A stretch of 64,000 nucleotides of DNA from Callorhinchus milii (lineage: Eukaryota), in the NCBI RefSeq assembly GCF_018977255.1, contig NW_024704743.1, forward strand, positions 77,564,001 to 77,628,000, given 5' to 3'. Under the pieces are notes generated by a model. The model made no database searches. It had not been told where the DNA came from and was given only the letters and a program-made list of their open reading frames with translations. Position numbers and translations under genes: made by a program. This document shows positions 24,813-36,920 of this stretch, in pieces (the stretch's first letter is position 1; each line of letters starts with the position of its first letter).

Positions 24813-25654
24813 GAAAATGACCACTAGCTTAGGTAGGTAGGTAGGTACGTGCAGACTGAGGTGAACAAACACTATAAGTAGAACATTGTCAGTGCTGCGG
24901 GATCTGGAAGAGAGAGAGAGAGCAGGTGGATAAAACCTCTAATAGGAAAGACTTTACAAGCCTCTGAATAGCAAAAAGTTCATTCTCCAAATGGACTTTT
25001 CTCATTTCATTGGACTTTTCCCATTTTAGGTTCTTAAGTTTGCAATCTTACTCAAAGGCACAGGCAAAATGTATGCTGTAAATTGATGAATGGTTATCAA
25101 AGATATAAAAAAAATTGACAAGTACCAAAGACTCCACTTACAGTTAGACCTCAATGATGTAATAATATGATTAAAATTTATTGAAATGTAGGGAAGGTGG
25201 CATGAAATTTAAACTTAAGTCACCGCAGATCAAATTCAATGGCCTAAAAACATTCGTCTTTCATTCACTTCTCACCAAATTAGATCAAAGCACTATAGGA
25301 GGCAAAGCCTCTGAAAAAGGATTAGATATTGACTGATTCAGAGGAAGCATAGATGCGTATCACCATGGATGCAGTGGCTAGCTGGGGGGTCAGTATTAGG
25401 ACAATTATTGGGGTCTAATTTGCAAGATTTGCAAAATAATTCGAAAATAGCTTACTCTACAATTAGCCAGATGTGGCTCAGGCCATCTGTCTGGAACTCC
25501 ATTCGTCCATTAATTTCCACGAAGTGGATTGCAGGAGGCTCCGGTTCCCGTCAAGGAGACTGGTGGTTACCGAACGGACATCCAGAGGGTCAGCCTGAGA
25601 CGCTCTGACCTGGGAAGCCACTAATACAAATCTTTCTGGAATTCTCACCAGTTC

Positions 25655-25770
25655 TATCTCATTCACACATGATGAATGGTCACTTGTATGAGATATTAAA
25701 GTTGAAGCTGGCAACTGCAGAACCACCCCTGGAGTCAGTGCCTTCAGAAGAGGAGGGAAGAAAATTAGAA
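25655..25770 (+). mobile_element. 'Family B' repeat 3' end
   Basis: tcacacatgatgaatggtcactt...ggagtcagtgccttcagaagaggagggaagaaaattag; end matches 5375-5392. Confidence 0.45.
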
Positions 25771-26476
25771 CAGTGAAGAGCAAAATATATATTTCACTAA
25801 AAATCATTCTTATAGTATAAATTCAGCTAGTGCTTGAATATAAACTTGGAAGAATTCCAGAATACAGCCTCTGTAAAGACATTACCTTTTGATATGCTTT
25901 GTTCTTTCTGGCAAAAGAATGAAAAGAAGTACTGTCAGACTTTTACAGTAAGAGCAGGGAATGAAAAGCTGAAGCCTTTTGATGGATTGACATTTTTACA
26001 GTGCATGAAAGCTTTTCAAAACCTCGGAGGATCTGTTCTTCAGGTGATAAAGATATTTATTTATCACCTGAACAAGAGACCACTGTCATATACTCGGAGT
26101 ATAAAATAAGTTAGTCCATTAAAAAGCTGCTGTCTTTCCATTTTCTGTCTGTTACTTGAGACTGATATGCTTACTCTAAACACAGTGAATGCTTGGGCTT
26201 ACTGCTTTACTCACATGCATACAGAAGTTAACCCATGTCCAGCAACTGGAGAAGTAATTAATTGGTATGTGTTAATAATTAAATTATTAAATGACATATT
26301 ACACTATGCAAAGGTTAAAAAATGGTGTGTGCTCCCTGTAGTGGATTTTGGGAGTCAGAAAATTGTTTTAAATAGACTCAAGGGGCTGGAAACCAACAAT
26401 TCTTTCAGGACGTATGAACTGTACCTCATTGGCACTCAGAGAGAAAAAGCAGGAGATTTGTGCAGCACTGATAGAT

Positions 26477-26822
26477 ATTAATAATCTTTGCATTTGATAT
26501 AGCACCTTATCACATCATTGAGACGTCTCTCAGTGCTTCACAGAATATACTGTAAAGTGAATTGACTGTATATTTTGTGGGTGAAACTCTGCAGCCAATT
26601 GTGCTCAGCAGTGTCCCACAAACAGTCATGGATTGAGCGACCAAACTTTTTTTTAAGGTATTATTACCCCCGGAATATTGACTAACAAATGGGTTCCTAC
26701 TTATTGCTAGGTCAACAGACGTTTGTGGAGTAAGAAAACGTGCCTAAAGTTTCACCCTGCCTGGGAATTGAAGTCAGTCCTCTCAATTGCGAGGCGAGTA
26801 CTCTAACCAATATGCTACAGGA
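26477..26822 (-). mobile_element. Full-length tRNA-Ala-headed SINE
   Basis: Tail, body and head (ttgcgaggcgagtactctaacca...gctacagga) are all present. Confidence 0.92.
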
Positions 26823-26919
26823 TATAGCATCAATCAGGACTGGGGAGGTTCAAACAGACTGGAAGTAATCAAATGTTCAAGAAAGTGACAGAACCATAGC
26901 TGGCAATTATTGGACCATC

Positions 26920-27035
26920 AGGCTCACCTCAATAATTGGAAAAATGATGGAACCAATTATCAACAACAACAACAACAAGATTACATTTGTATAACGCCTT
27001 TCACGTCGGCACGACCTCCCAAGGCGCTGGACAGT
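26920..27035. mobile_element. Short CR1 RT piece (+) abutting an L2 tail (-)
   Basis: aattattggaccatcaggctcacctcaataattggaaaaatgatggaa resembles NYRPISLTSIIGKMME; followed by (CAA)n-gattacatttgtataacgcctttcacgtcgg. Confidence 0.6.
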
Positions 27036-27984
27036 GTACAGCATTTCAGAAAGGAAGTGGAAGATAACTTGTATAAAATAATCTAATAAATGACAGCCAG
27101 GGAAGCTATGTGACATAATATTTTGAACATGTAAGCAAGCGGAGAGGACATACCCACAGCTAGTCTTAAGTCAGTGACTACAATTCTTGACAATTGTCAC
27201 ATAATGTAGTTGCAATTGTCACCCATCATGCCCATTTCATTTATTCTGCTCTCAGCTGTTGTTTGTTCCAGCCATTGCTTGCTGTCTCTATGGCTGATAA
27301 TGTTCTGAGACCTTCCAGTACCACACACATTGGCACTGGTGAGGGATTTCTTTTTGAAGTCCTCTACGTCTGAGGGAATTTCTGTTAATTGTGCAACGCC
27401 ATTTAAGCTGGCCAACTGGCTGCTCGCTGCAGTAAAAATGACAACAGAAATAGTAATCGCTCACTGGAGGTACAGGGAACATTATATTGCCCAGGCATCG
27501 AACAACACCCACTGCTCATTATGACGTGAAAGAGGATTTGACTCCCACTGCTATCCTACAAGCAAGCTCTTTTCAATATCTGCTGCATAATCATCCATTT
27601 GTACCAACTTTGGTGTGGAAAGCAGCACTGCAGCTCAACTAGGAAAGTACAGATGTGTCATCCATGTGTATGCTGTAGCTCTCTCGTCTGCCTGCATTGA
27701 GCTACAGAGCAGTCACAGGCTGCCTGGAACTGCCTGGTTGGATTTGAAGGTCTGCTGGACAGGTGACAACAAGGGGGCACTTACAAATTTGATATCACAT
27801 TGGACGCATCTGTGGTAATCTGCGTGGGATTCAGCTTGTCTTGCTGGTGGCTTTCACTGCGGTGCTTCCAAACTGAGACCAATGTGGAATGGAATCTCTG
27901 AAGGAACAGCTTTTCATGCTGGCATGAGATTAGACTATTTTTGCAGGGTTTTTGGAATTGCATTCAGGTTGAATCTGAACCTGA

Positions 27985-28297
27985 ATCCAGCCTGCTCCAC
28001 GTCTCCTGCCCGACCCACCCTACCATCGGTGGCCCGGCTTTCAGCCACTCTGGAACTCCATCCCATGGTCCCTTCGCTTTGCTTCCTCCCTTGCCTCCTT
28101 CAAGGCCGGTCTCAAGACCCTTCTCTTCGACCGTGCCTTTGGTCTCCCTCCCACCTCTCCGCCTTCTCTCACCCCGACACCACCCCTCCCCCATGCTCGG
28201 GCCCCGACACCTGACTGTTCAGCGCTCTGGGACGTCCTCCCGACATGAAAGGGGCTCTATAAATGTAATTTTGTTGTTGTTGTTAGTGTTGTTGTTG
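27985..28297 (+). mobile_element. L2 LINE 3' end with (TTG)n tail
   Basis: ctttcagccactctggaactccatccc...cagcgctctgggacgtcctcccgacatgaaagg..ctataaatgtaatt(ttg)n. Confidence 0.9.
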
Positions 28298-28539
28298 AAT
28301 CACTCAGGTCAATTGCAACAAAAACCTAAGACAGAAAAAAGGCTATTTCAATAGTTATTAATCCCAGCTCCCTGCCTTTCATCATATAACCTCAATTACT
28401 TTTTTATTCAGAAATAGTTGCTTCGTGAATACATTTATTCGATTTCTTTCATTAGCCTTTCCTGGTAACTTATAAAAGAATTGAGTAACTTTGTGTAAGA
28501 AAGTTCCCCATGACTTCCCTTCTTACTCCAAGCTTCTTT

Positions 28540-28729
28540 GTTTTTCTCTTCAACTGTGCCTTCAGTTCCCCTCTTGACTCTCTACCCCCTCCTCGCTCCC
28601 TCCCTTCCCTCCCCTCACCCTGACCGTTTCCCCCCTGCTCGGGTCCCGACCCAACTGTCCAGCGCCTTGGGACGTCCTCCCGACGTGAAAGGCGCGCTAT
28701 AAATGCAATCTTGTTGTTGTTGTTGTTGT
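28540..28729 (+). mobile_element. L2 3' tail with (TTG)n
   Basis: gcgccttgggacgtcctcccgacgtgaaaggcgcgctataaatgcaatc(ttg)6. Confidence 0.9.
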
Positions 28730-28784
28730 TCCTAACTCGGGTCCTCAAGTTGTGAGATCTTGATCACTTGATCAATCTTGATCC

Positions 28785-29110
28785 ATCGGCGGTCAGGCCT
28801 TCAGTCTTTCTGCCCCCACAGTCTAGGATTCTGTCCTAAAGTCCCTTCACCTCTCCCCCTTCATTCGCCTCCTTCAAGGTCCATCTCGAGACCTTCCTTT
28901 TCAACTGCGCCTTCGGTCATTTTCCCCATTAATCCACCCTCTTGGCACCCACCATTCCCTTTTTTTTGTCATACACCTGATTGACCAAAAAATATCACCC
29001 TCCCGAATCCAATCCCCAGCTCGGGTGCAAACCCTTGACTGTTCAGCGCCTTGGGACGTCCTTCCGACATGAAAGGCTCATTATAAAAGCAATTTATTGA
29101 TGTTGCTGTT
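28785..29110 (+). mobile_element. L2 3' end
   Basis: Third adjacent L2 tail, same motifs as above. Confidence 0.85.
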
Positions 29111-29289
29111 ATTGAAACATGTTGCCTGGATCAACCTTTTTGAATCTGTTTCATAATCTTACAATTGTATTTCAGGTTATCTCAGTCCTTTTCAAAAGGA
29201 ATTGGGACAAAAATATTTAACCCTTGTTCAAAATGTAGTTACCCAGAGCTCAAAATGTCTCATGATATCAGACGTAAACCCATTGTTCC

Positions 29290-29725
29290 ACAGTTCTTCA
29301 GTTGGTAGCAATCTCATCTCTGAGTAAGAAGGTTATGGGATCAAGCCATCATCAAGACTCTGCACTCATAGTCTTGAAGTACACTCCAGTACAGTATTTG
29401 GGGTGTGCTGCATTGTCAGAGGTGCTGTCCTTTGAATGAGCCAATAAAATGAGATCCAATCTGCCTGTTCAAATGGATGTTAAAGATCTTATGGCACAAT
29501 TTGAAAAGAGAAGGGAGTTTCTTCCAGTATCCTGGCCAATAATCCCCTAAAAAAAATATTCATTCACTTCATGGCTATTAGTAGGACGTTGTCGTACACA
29601 AATTAACTGCCACCTTCATCACAAAATACACAGTCACTGCACTTTACCGTAAATCCTTTGATGCCCTTTGAGTAATCCTCCCATTGGGAAAGGAACTATA
29701 TCAAATGCAACAATTATTAATTTAT
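29290..29725 (+). mobile_element. Full-length Deu-domain SINE
   Basis: cagttggtagca.tctca.ctctgagt.agaaggtt.tggg.tcaag head, Deu core tgctgcattgtcagaggtgctgtcc, and tail. Confidence 0.88.
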
Positions 29726-30499
29726 TATAGCATTACAGAAAAACTGCTTCCAGATTAAGACGGAATTTAAGAAATTTCCAAAATTCTGCATGATCTAAAA
29801 GTTTGGATTAACTTCAAATTAATTGTTCTAAGGCTACGGCCATGAAATATTTCACGCCTCATCTGATGTCAGGTAACGTGTTCCCCTCTTAAGTGTAGGT
29901 CATTGGTCCTCTTGTCAAGGAATGAAATGCAGCATATGGTTGTCAAAGAAAAGAGCTTAAACTAATTTTACTAAAACTTTTAGAAAGACAAGCATTCAGC
30001 TTATTAGTCGGGGCCTGGATTTAAAGCCATGTACCAGAGGTGAAATATTTGTTTGGACTCACTGTGCCGATTCTCTTCAGTTTTTACTATGACTCTTTCA
30101 CACCCACAAAAACCATACTCACAATACCCGAATGAGGTTTGAAGGCACACAACTGACTCACCTTTCAGAGCTCCATTCACTGGCATTACAAGATCAAAGG
30201 AAGACAAGTGTTGGAGGTTCCCACAGTGTGAGACTTATAGCACAAGCCATCCTGAAGTCTCATCTCTGTGGGAGCTCACAAGTCATGTTATCTGGGTATT
30301 ATCTCATACATGTGGGAGTTTTACCAGATCACTGAAAGGCATTACTGATGTCTAAAACAAACAACCAGAGGCATTGTTGAAAAAAGAACAGTGTTTGCAA
30401 ATTCACTATTCCCATTAGAACAGTTGAGAAGTAATAATAATACAAATCAGCTTTACAAGGAGTTCATTGGGGGATATATTATTTGGTATACATCATATC

Positions 30500-31000
30500 A
30501 ACAAAGCAGATTAAATACTTGGTGTATCTCGAGGGTATTTGCCTCTAAATTGAAAGGAATTATTCTAACCTTGTATGGAATACTTCTGAGGCTAAGTTAT
30601 AATATAAGGTAGGCCTGACCAATAATTCCCCCAAATAAAATCAGTTACTCACTTCAATGACTGTTTGTGCAATACTGCCATGTACAAAGGGAAGACATAA
30701 TGAACAGTCACTTCACTTTACAGTGAATCCTGTGACGCACTTTGAGGCATCTTCCCGACTATATAAAGTGCAAGGATCATTGAATACTATTGAAGCATTG
30801 GAGAAGGTTCAGAGAAGAGTGACAAGGATGGTTTCAGAACTTGGAGCTATGACTTATGAAGGGAGGCTCCCAGAACTGAATTATTTTCATTGGAAAAAAG
30901 ATTAGTGGGAACAACATATAAATCAGATCTTAATAATAAAGAAATAAATGAAAGTAAATTCATTCAGTTAGAGCTAAAGGACATAAATGTAAATTAAGAT
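30500..31000 (+). mobile_element. Degenerate CR1 ORF2 C-terminus interrupted by a SINE piece (30612-30780)
   Basis: 'CISRVFASKLKGIILTLY' before the insertion and 'IEALEKVQRRVTRMVSELGAMTYEGRL' after it. Confidence 0.8.
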
Positions 31001-31959
31001 GAAAAGTCTCATCAGCCAATGAAAGCAACTCACGTTGCACTCATTAGATCCTGACGAATTCGATAAATATCTGATGGTTAAGATCTATCTCTTCAACTGT
31101 GATTTCAGCCATTTTTTCCGCCTCCCCCGCACTTTTCAACCCCTTCCCGGCTTGGACTCCCAGTCAACAACAATAACAATTTGCATTTATATAATACACT
31201 TCACGCAGGGTAGCATTTCAGAGCACTTAGTTATATATGAAAGGGCTATATAAATTAAAATAGTAGTTAATATTTGTGGAATTTGAGGATAGATGCAAAC
31301 TGAGATGAACATGGGCTCAACAATTTCAGTGCTGCTGGGAATAAGGAACGGAGAGAGTAAGGGAAGTGAAATATAAATTGTATTCAATAGTCGAGCTGTG
31401 GGGTTAAATATCTAGAGTTTTTGATCATCTCTGGGGATCAGCGATCCTCTATACACTACACAAGGAGATAAAATGAGTGGAACGTGTCCACAATAGAGTA
31501 GCTTTTCAGTAGCATGGGGCATTGAAGGCCTTTTCTGATTCCATCCCCTCTCACATTCTTCTGCAGTGAATTCATTTCTGTGGGCTGCTTAAAACTTTTC
31601 TGCTGTTTTCACTAAGATCAGCAAACATGTTTAAAAATAATTGCATTACAATTTTAAGTTGTATTAAAAATACAACTTAAATTAGGGGGTGAAATTTCCA
31701 GCTTTTCTTAACACATTCCTTGTGATAACTTTTCTAAGGAATATGCTAGGAAACGCTGCAAAATTTCTTCCCATTGCCTAATTATCGTCACCCTCCACTG
31801 ATCTGTCAATCAGCTGTCTCCACACTGCTCCCTGAAGACAGCATGGATTTTCATCTGCCCATCTGCTCTGATCTGCTATCAAGGAGATAGATTTTCAGTC
31901 AATAAGATGAGGAAAAACAAGTTAATTCTGTCTATAGAGGCCATCAGGACATCACCCTA

Positions 31960-32215
31960 AGTTGGTGAGTAAACAGAGTTCCAGTAGGTGATGGTGGAGC
32001 AGAGAGGACAAGGGAAGCGTAGGAGGCTGGAGCCAGCGGAGCGATGGGTGCAGGTGGATGAGTGGGGACTAAACAGGTCAGAGTGGGAGGGAGGTACCAG
32101 TTGAGCCTGGCCAAACTGATTGGGGTGATGAAGGTTTGGAATTTAGTAAGAGTGAAGATATGGGCTGCAATGGAGGAGGGGGGCAACTTAGACTGTGAGT
32201 TCAAGTCCCTGACAT
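31960..32215 (-). mobile_element. L2 internal ORF2 fragment
   Basis: C/T-rich minus strand with L2-like text 'AAHIFTLTKFQTFITPISLARLNW'. Confidence 0.5.
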
Positions 32216-34753
32216 GAGGTTTGAAACAAATAAACCTTCTGGTTCAGAGGTTAGGATGTTACCAAGGGAAATTTTTTTCTGATCCAAACTCTGCTCCTAC
32301 TCCTCACACTCTTGTGTCTACACCAGTGAAATGAATGATGTTATTCTCACTGGCATGGAAGATTCCATATCTCACTCTTCCCCAATCATCACATCTGGCA
32401 GTTTTTGGTCTAATCTCACCTGCTGTTCTGCTGTCTCTCTTAACAATTCTATCTGTCACACGTCTTAATTTATCTCAAGTATCCCAAGCTTCTTTGAACC
32501 TCAATGTTTCCAAAGTACTACTGTAAATGAAAAGAAAGATTGCTGTTTGAGCAGTTGCTTTGTAAAGTTTGGAATCACTCTTGTGTAGCACAAACAAATA
32601 ACAGTGATGTGTAGAGCAGCATGTGTTGAGTTGAGATGGTTACTTATGTTACTTGCACACTGGAGTTCCATTTTCATGGTAATTTCATGTGTGGCATGCT
32701 GGGTGGAGTAGCTGATGTTTAGCACATCTCTTTTCGATGCTGAAATTACCATATTTGCTCAAAACTAAGGGACAGGTTTTATTGATTAAAATGTCCCTCA
32801 TAATCACAATGTGCCTTAGAACTGATGGCCTTAAAGGTGAAGCAAATGTTTGTTTTTCCCACAAACCCTATCAAATCTTTTGGTACCTTAGATTCAGGCT
32901 GCCTTAGATTTGAGTGCAGATGGAGATTTGGTTATTTGATATCTACATCAAAAATAAATATTATGGAAAAAGCTGTATCCAATGGCTTCTCTTTTGACTT
33001 AAACTACAGTGCAAAGTAGATTTAGATACTTAAAGCCACACAAGAGAAGCATATCAGATTGAGTTCACAGTGAAGTGTACTTTATCTATTTTAATGCTAA
33101 CAGAGGTTTTCTTTCCTCAGGCTGAAGACTTTCAGAAAGCAACAACAACCACAACTTGCATTTATATAGTGCCCTTCACACAGGGTAGTGTCTCCGAGTG
33201 CTTAAAGGTTTGTTTAACACTAGATTGTATATGGTGCACATCAACATCTGGTTTAGGAATAAACATGGTGGACAGTTGCTAAAGTTTTTTGCTCATGCTG
33301 CGTGATCTTTGATTCCTTTGTCACTCCCTGTATTTTACAAAATCCAATCAATCCATTTGCTTTCCCTACGACAGACTGTGCCAGTGGTAATGCACCAAGG
33401 AAAGAGAAACCTCCCACTTTTATTTCAGTCAGAGATCTAAACAGTTTCTGCAGTCTAATTGCAGGGTGTGAACAATATTGTTTTTACATATTCAGCTTAT
33501 TGAACGTTAGCTAAAAACTGAAACTTTGATAGAGTTTATAAGCCATTGGGGTGAGAGAAGCATTATTTCATATTATGTTCTGTAATGAACGAATGTGTTG
33601 CAAAGCTTTGTAATTTTCACCCCCACTTTTAATATGTAGCACATCTGAATAGTGAAGCTGAAATAATGAGTGAGAAAGTGAGTGAGGCTTTCTCTCCCCT
33701 TCCCCCACAGTCCAGCTGTAGTAGCAGCAGACTGGTTTCAATAGCACAAATCGGAGCATATGCCCGTTTGGAATCTCCAGAGGACCCCGACAAAGAAACA
33801 CAATATCGCATCAAAAACTGCATCCAGAGTGGGATGGCTTAAACACTCCATTGTATTAAATATGAATGAGTATTTATTGTTGAGCACAGTATGAAAGGAT
33901 GCACAGTGTTGTCGATTAGCCACATGATTAAACAGATGACACGGTGTGGCTGCTAAGGTAAATAAAGGAAACCTTCTGCCACTTCCTCTCTAGGGTCTGG
34001 GGAACAGTGCCCTTGGAAACTTTGCGTGTGGAAGCAAATTGACTGAAGAAAGTGATGAACGTTACAGATCTCAGGGGACTGTGGGCGAGGCGACTTGTGA
34101 ACATTTTCCTTTTCTGTTTAAATGCCAATTCTTTGCGTGACAAGACAGATCTTAAATTAGCTTAGGAATTTTGGTGATGAATTAGCTGTAATGCTGAGAT
34201 AGCTGGGTCCTTCTGGGTTTGACGGAGAAACAAGTCAGTCTGTTTGTCAGGTTTGATAAATAGACTTGTATCTGCAAAGTCTTGTTACCACCTGTAACCT
34301 AAAAAACACCTGTTTCTGCTTTCGGCTTCCGAGTTGAAACCATAATTATAATCTGTGGCTGAAAGTGATTTAGAATGCATTAGGTATAAGTCACGACCTA
34401 TGCTTTCCTCTATTTATTTTCTTCATATAAGGCCTCAAATCCCCTCTGGTCTTAGACTATGAGACCATTTTGACTTTAACTTGAGTTGACGAAGAATTGC
34501 GAAAAATTCTTCAATTGGTCTTGCTCATGCCGGCACAGCAGAGGGTCGGACTTATGTTATGTTATGTTGTACCTTTAATGATGGGTTAGTGGAACTTCAG
34601 CACGGCACTGACCCACATATGTCCACTGTATCAACGATTTTGTACAGTTGTCGGCTCCAGCTTTACTGACAGCTCTCCGTAGCTCATTTACTTACAAAGG
34701 TATCAGCCTGGCTCAGTTGGCAGCACTCTCGCTACTGAGTCACAAGGTTGTGG

Positions 34754-35064
34754 AGGATGTGGAGTCCTGTAGGTCAGTGGTTAGAGCACTCGCTTTGCAA
34801 GCGAGAGACCTGAGTTCAATTTCAGGCAGGGCAAAACCTTGGGCAAGTTTCCTTACTCCACACAGAGCCTAATAATAATCCCTCCAAAACCAAAATCAAT
34901 AATAAATTGGTCATTTTCAATTTACGACTGTTTGTGGGACATTGCTGTGCGCAATTGGCTGCCGCTTTCGCCCACAAATATACAGTCAATTCACTTTACA
35001 GTGTGTTCCGTGAAGCGCTTTGGGACGTCCTCCCGACGTGGAAAGCGCTACATCAAATGCAAGG

Positions 35065-35127
<63 letters not shown>
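34754..35127 (+). mobile_element. Young full-length tRNA-Ala-headed SINE with (ATT)~21 tail and TTGTGG target-site duplication
   Basis: Anticodon arm CTCGC-TTTGCAA-GCGAG (TGC=Ala), A/B boxes, CpGs retained; TTGTGG at 34748-34753 and 35126-35131. Confidence 0.95.
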
Positions 35128-35287
35128 GTGGGTTCAAGCTCAGCATTGGGACTTTGAACTTACTGTGGTAGGCTGACAGTCAATGCAGTGTTAGGGTAAG
35201 CTGCATAGTTTGATGTGGCATCCTTCATATGAGACGTTAAACCAATGTCTCGTCTCTCTTTTTAGGTGGCCATTAAAGATCCCATAA

Positions 35288-35386
35288 CAAAAACAGAAGT
35301 CGCTGGGAACACACAGCAGCTCAGGCAGTATCTATGGAGAAAGGAAAGTGAGTCAACGTTTCGGGTCCACGATCCTTCATCAGAAC
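35288..35386. mobile_element. 99-bp insertion (Penelope/MER6-like short element) with 10-bp TSD
   Basis: gatcccataa flanks both sides (35278-35287, 35387-35396). The sequence aaaacagaag..gctgg.aacac.cagcag.tcaggcag.atct.tggaga..aacgtttcgggtc...ttcatcagaac resembles a common chondrichthyan repeat; family name is tentative. Confidence 0.75.
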
Positions 35387-35912
35387 GATCCCATAATACT
35401 GTTTGCAAAGTGAAGGGAGTTTCTCCTGGTGTTCTGGCCAAGAATCCCGCACATAAAATTGATCATTCACTTCATGGCTTTTTGTGGCACATTGCAATGT
35501 GTAAATTTGGCAACTGTGTTCACCTGCAAAATAGACAGTCACTATACTTTAGAGAAAATCCTGTGAAGTGCTTTGAGACATCCTCCTGATGTAAAAAGTG
35601 TTTTTTCAAATGCAATGATTATTATTAGCAATAATAATAAAGTGTATCACAAAGTTTAGCTTGTACCCATTATCGATCCTCTGAAGCCTGTTTCTCAGGC
35701 TCATATATATGGAATGAATATACCATCAACCTCACCAGTGCTGTTTTTCAATTATAATTTCAATAATGATCTACTAAGAAAACGTTCATGCAACGCAGAA
35801 CATAAAGAATTGACTAAAATAAATTAAATAATAGAAAAATTAAATACAAAAGTTACAAGCTTTAAAACCAAATTCTAATTGGAACAAGTCCGAGAAGAGA
35901 GAGAACAAGATA

Positions 35913-35913
<1 letters not shown>

Positions 35914-35948
<35 letters not shown>
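35914..35948. repeat. (CT)n microsatellite
   Basis: Directly visible; a (TAA)n run also lies at about 36048-36076. Confidence 0.95.
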
Positions 35949-35951
<3 letters not shown>

Positions 35952-36519
35952 CCTTGTGTACAATACAGTTTATATTTATTGGGGCCTTTCATGTCAAGGG
36001 TTTCTGTGAAAGGTTTAAAGGTGTCACCGCACTAACTGAGAGCCAGGGAATAATAATAATAATAATAATAATAATAGCCAGTAGGAGAACACCTCAAAGT
36101 GCTTCAAGCAGCTATGAAGTAAATGATCAATTTTATCTGATGCATTGTTGTCAAAGACACTTGGAGAAATGGTAGACTGGACTTGCACACTGAATATCAA
36201 GATAAAGGTATATTGATCAGTTACTCATTTTTGAAGTCTATTTTTTCAGTTCAAACCTAAACCAAGGGTGAGTCTGATGACAGACATCTTTACTATGTCA
36301 ACTATTGCATGCCATCCAGTAACAGGCAAACTTATTCTCTTGTGTTTATAATGAGAATCTCTAAACAACACCTCCCTTAAACTCCTGGCAGGTCTATAGA
36401 AATGCCCATCACTGTGAACTGACTGATGCTCTTATGTTTTCAGATAATAAACAGTTTTGTTTATAGACACTAAACAGTTTTGTTCTAACTCTTTTTAAGA
36501 AATCTCTTTGCTGTTCTCT

Positions 36520-36920
36520 CCAGCTCCACCATGCACAGGATCCAGCTGATCCCGAGCTCTGCCGCCCACGTACTCACCAGTACTAAACTCCGTAACCCAT
36601 CACACCAGTTCTAGCCAGGCTCCACTGTCTCCCCCATCACTGAACAGGTCGATTTCAAGATCCTCACACTCATTTTCAAATCCCTTCATGCCCTAGTATC
36701 TCCCTACCTCTCTGACCTGCTTACCCAACCCTTACTCCCCAACCCAATGCCTCCGCTCAACTGGCACTTTATCCTTCCCCCATTGGCGGCTGCGCTTTCA
36801 GCCACTAGACTCTGAAACTCTGGAACACTCTTCCTCTATTCTTCCACCTTGTCCCTTCCTTCCCTATCTTCAGGTTGCGCCTGAAGACCTTCCTCTTCGA
36901 CTGTAGCTATTGTCACACCA
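36520..36920 (+). mobile_element. L2 ORF2 C-terminus/3' UTR
   Basis: atccagctgatccc.agctctgccgcccacgtactcacc...gtcgatttcaagatcctcacactc; homologous to 41830-42230. Confidence 0.85.

Larger units (their letters stand above)
34703..35630 (+). mobile_element. Deu-domain SINE split by two later insertions
   Basis: Head tcagcctggctcagttggcagcactctc..aaggttgtgg resumes as gttcaagc at 35132; core and tail continue to 35630. Confidence 0.88.

Noticed and set aside
27197..27524. Possible second Harbinger remnant ('LAAVKMTT..IAQAS..THC' on +, or Myb/SANT-like text on -)
   Set aside because: Similarity is too weak and can be argued on either strand.
34759..34830. tRNA-Ala gene (also 59588-59660)
   Set aside because: The acceptor stem is not intact and the sequence runs straight into a SINE body and LINE tail.
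34839..35176. Poly-Tyr / poly-Leu ORFs
   Set aside because: Translation of the (ATT)n SINE tail.
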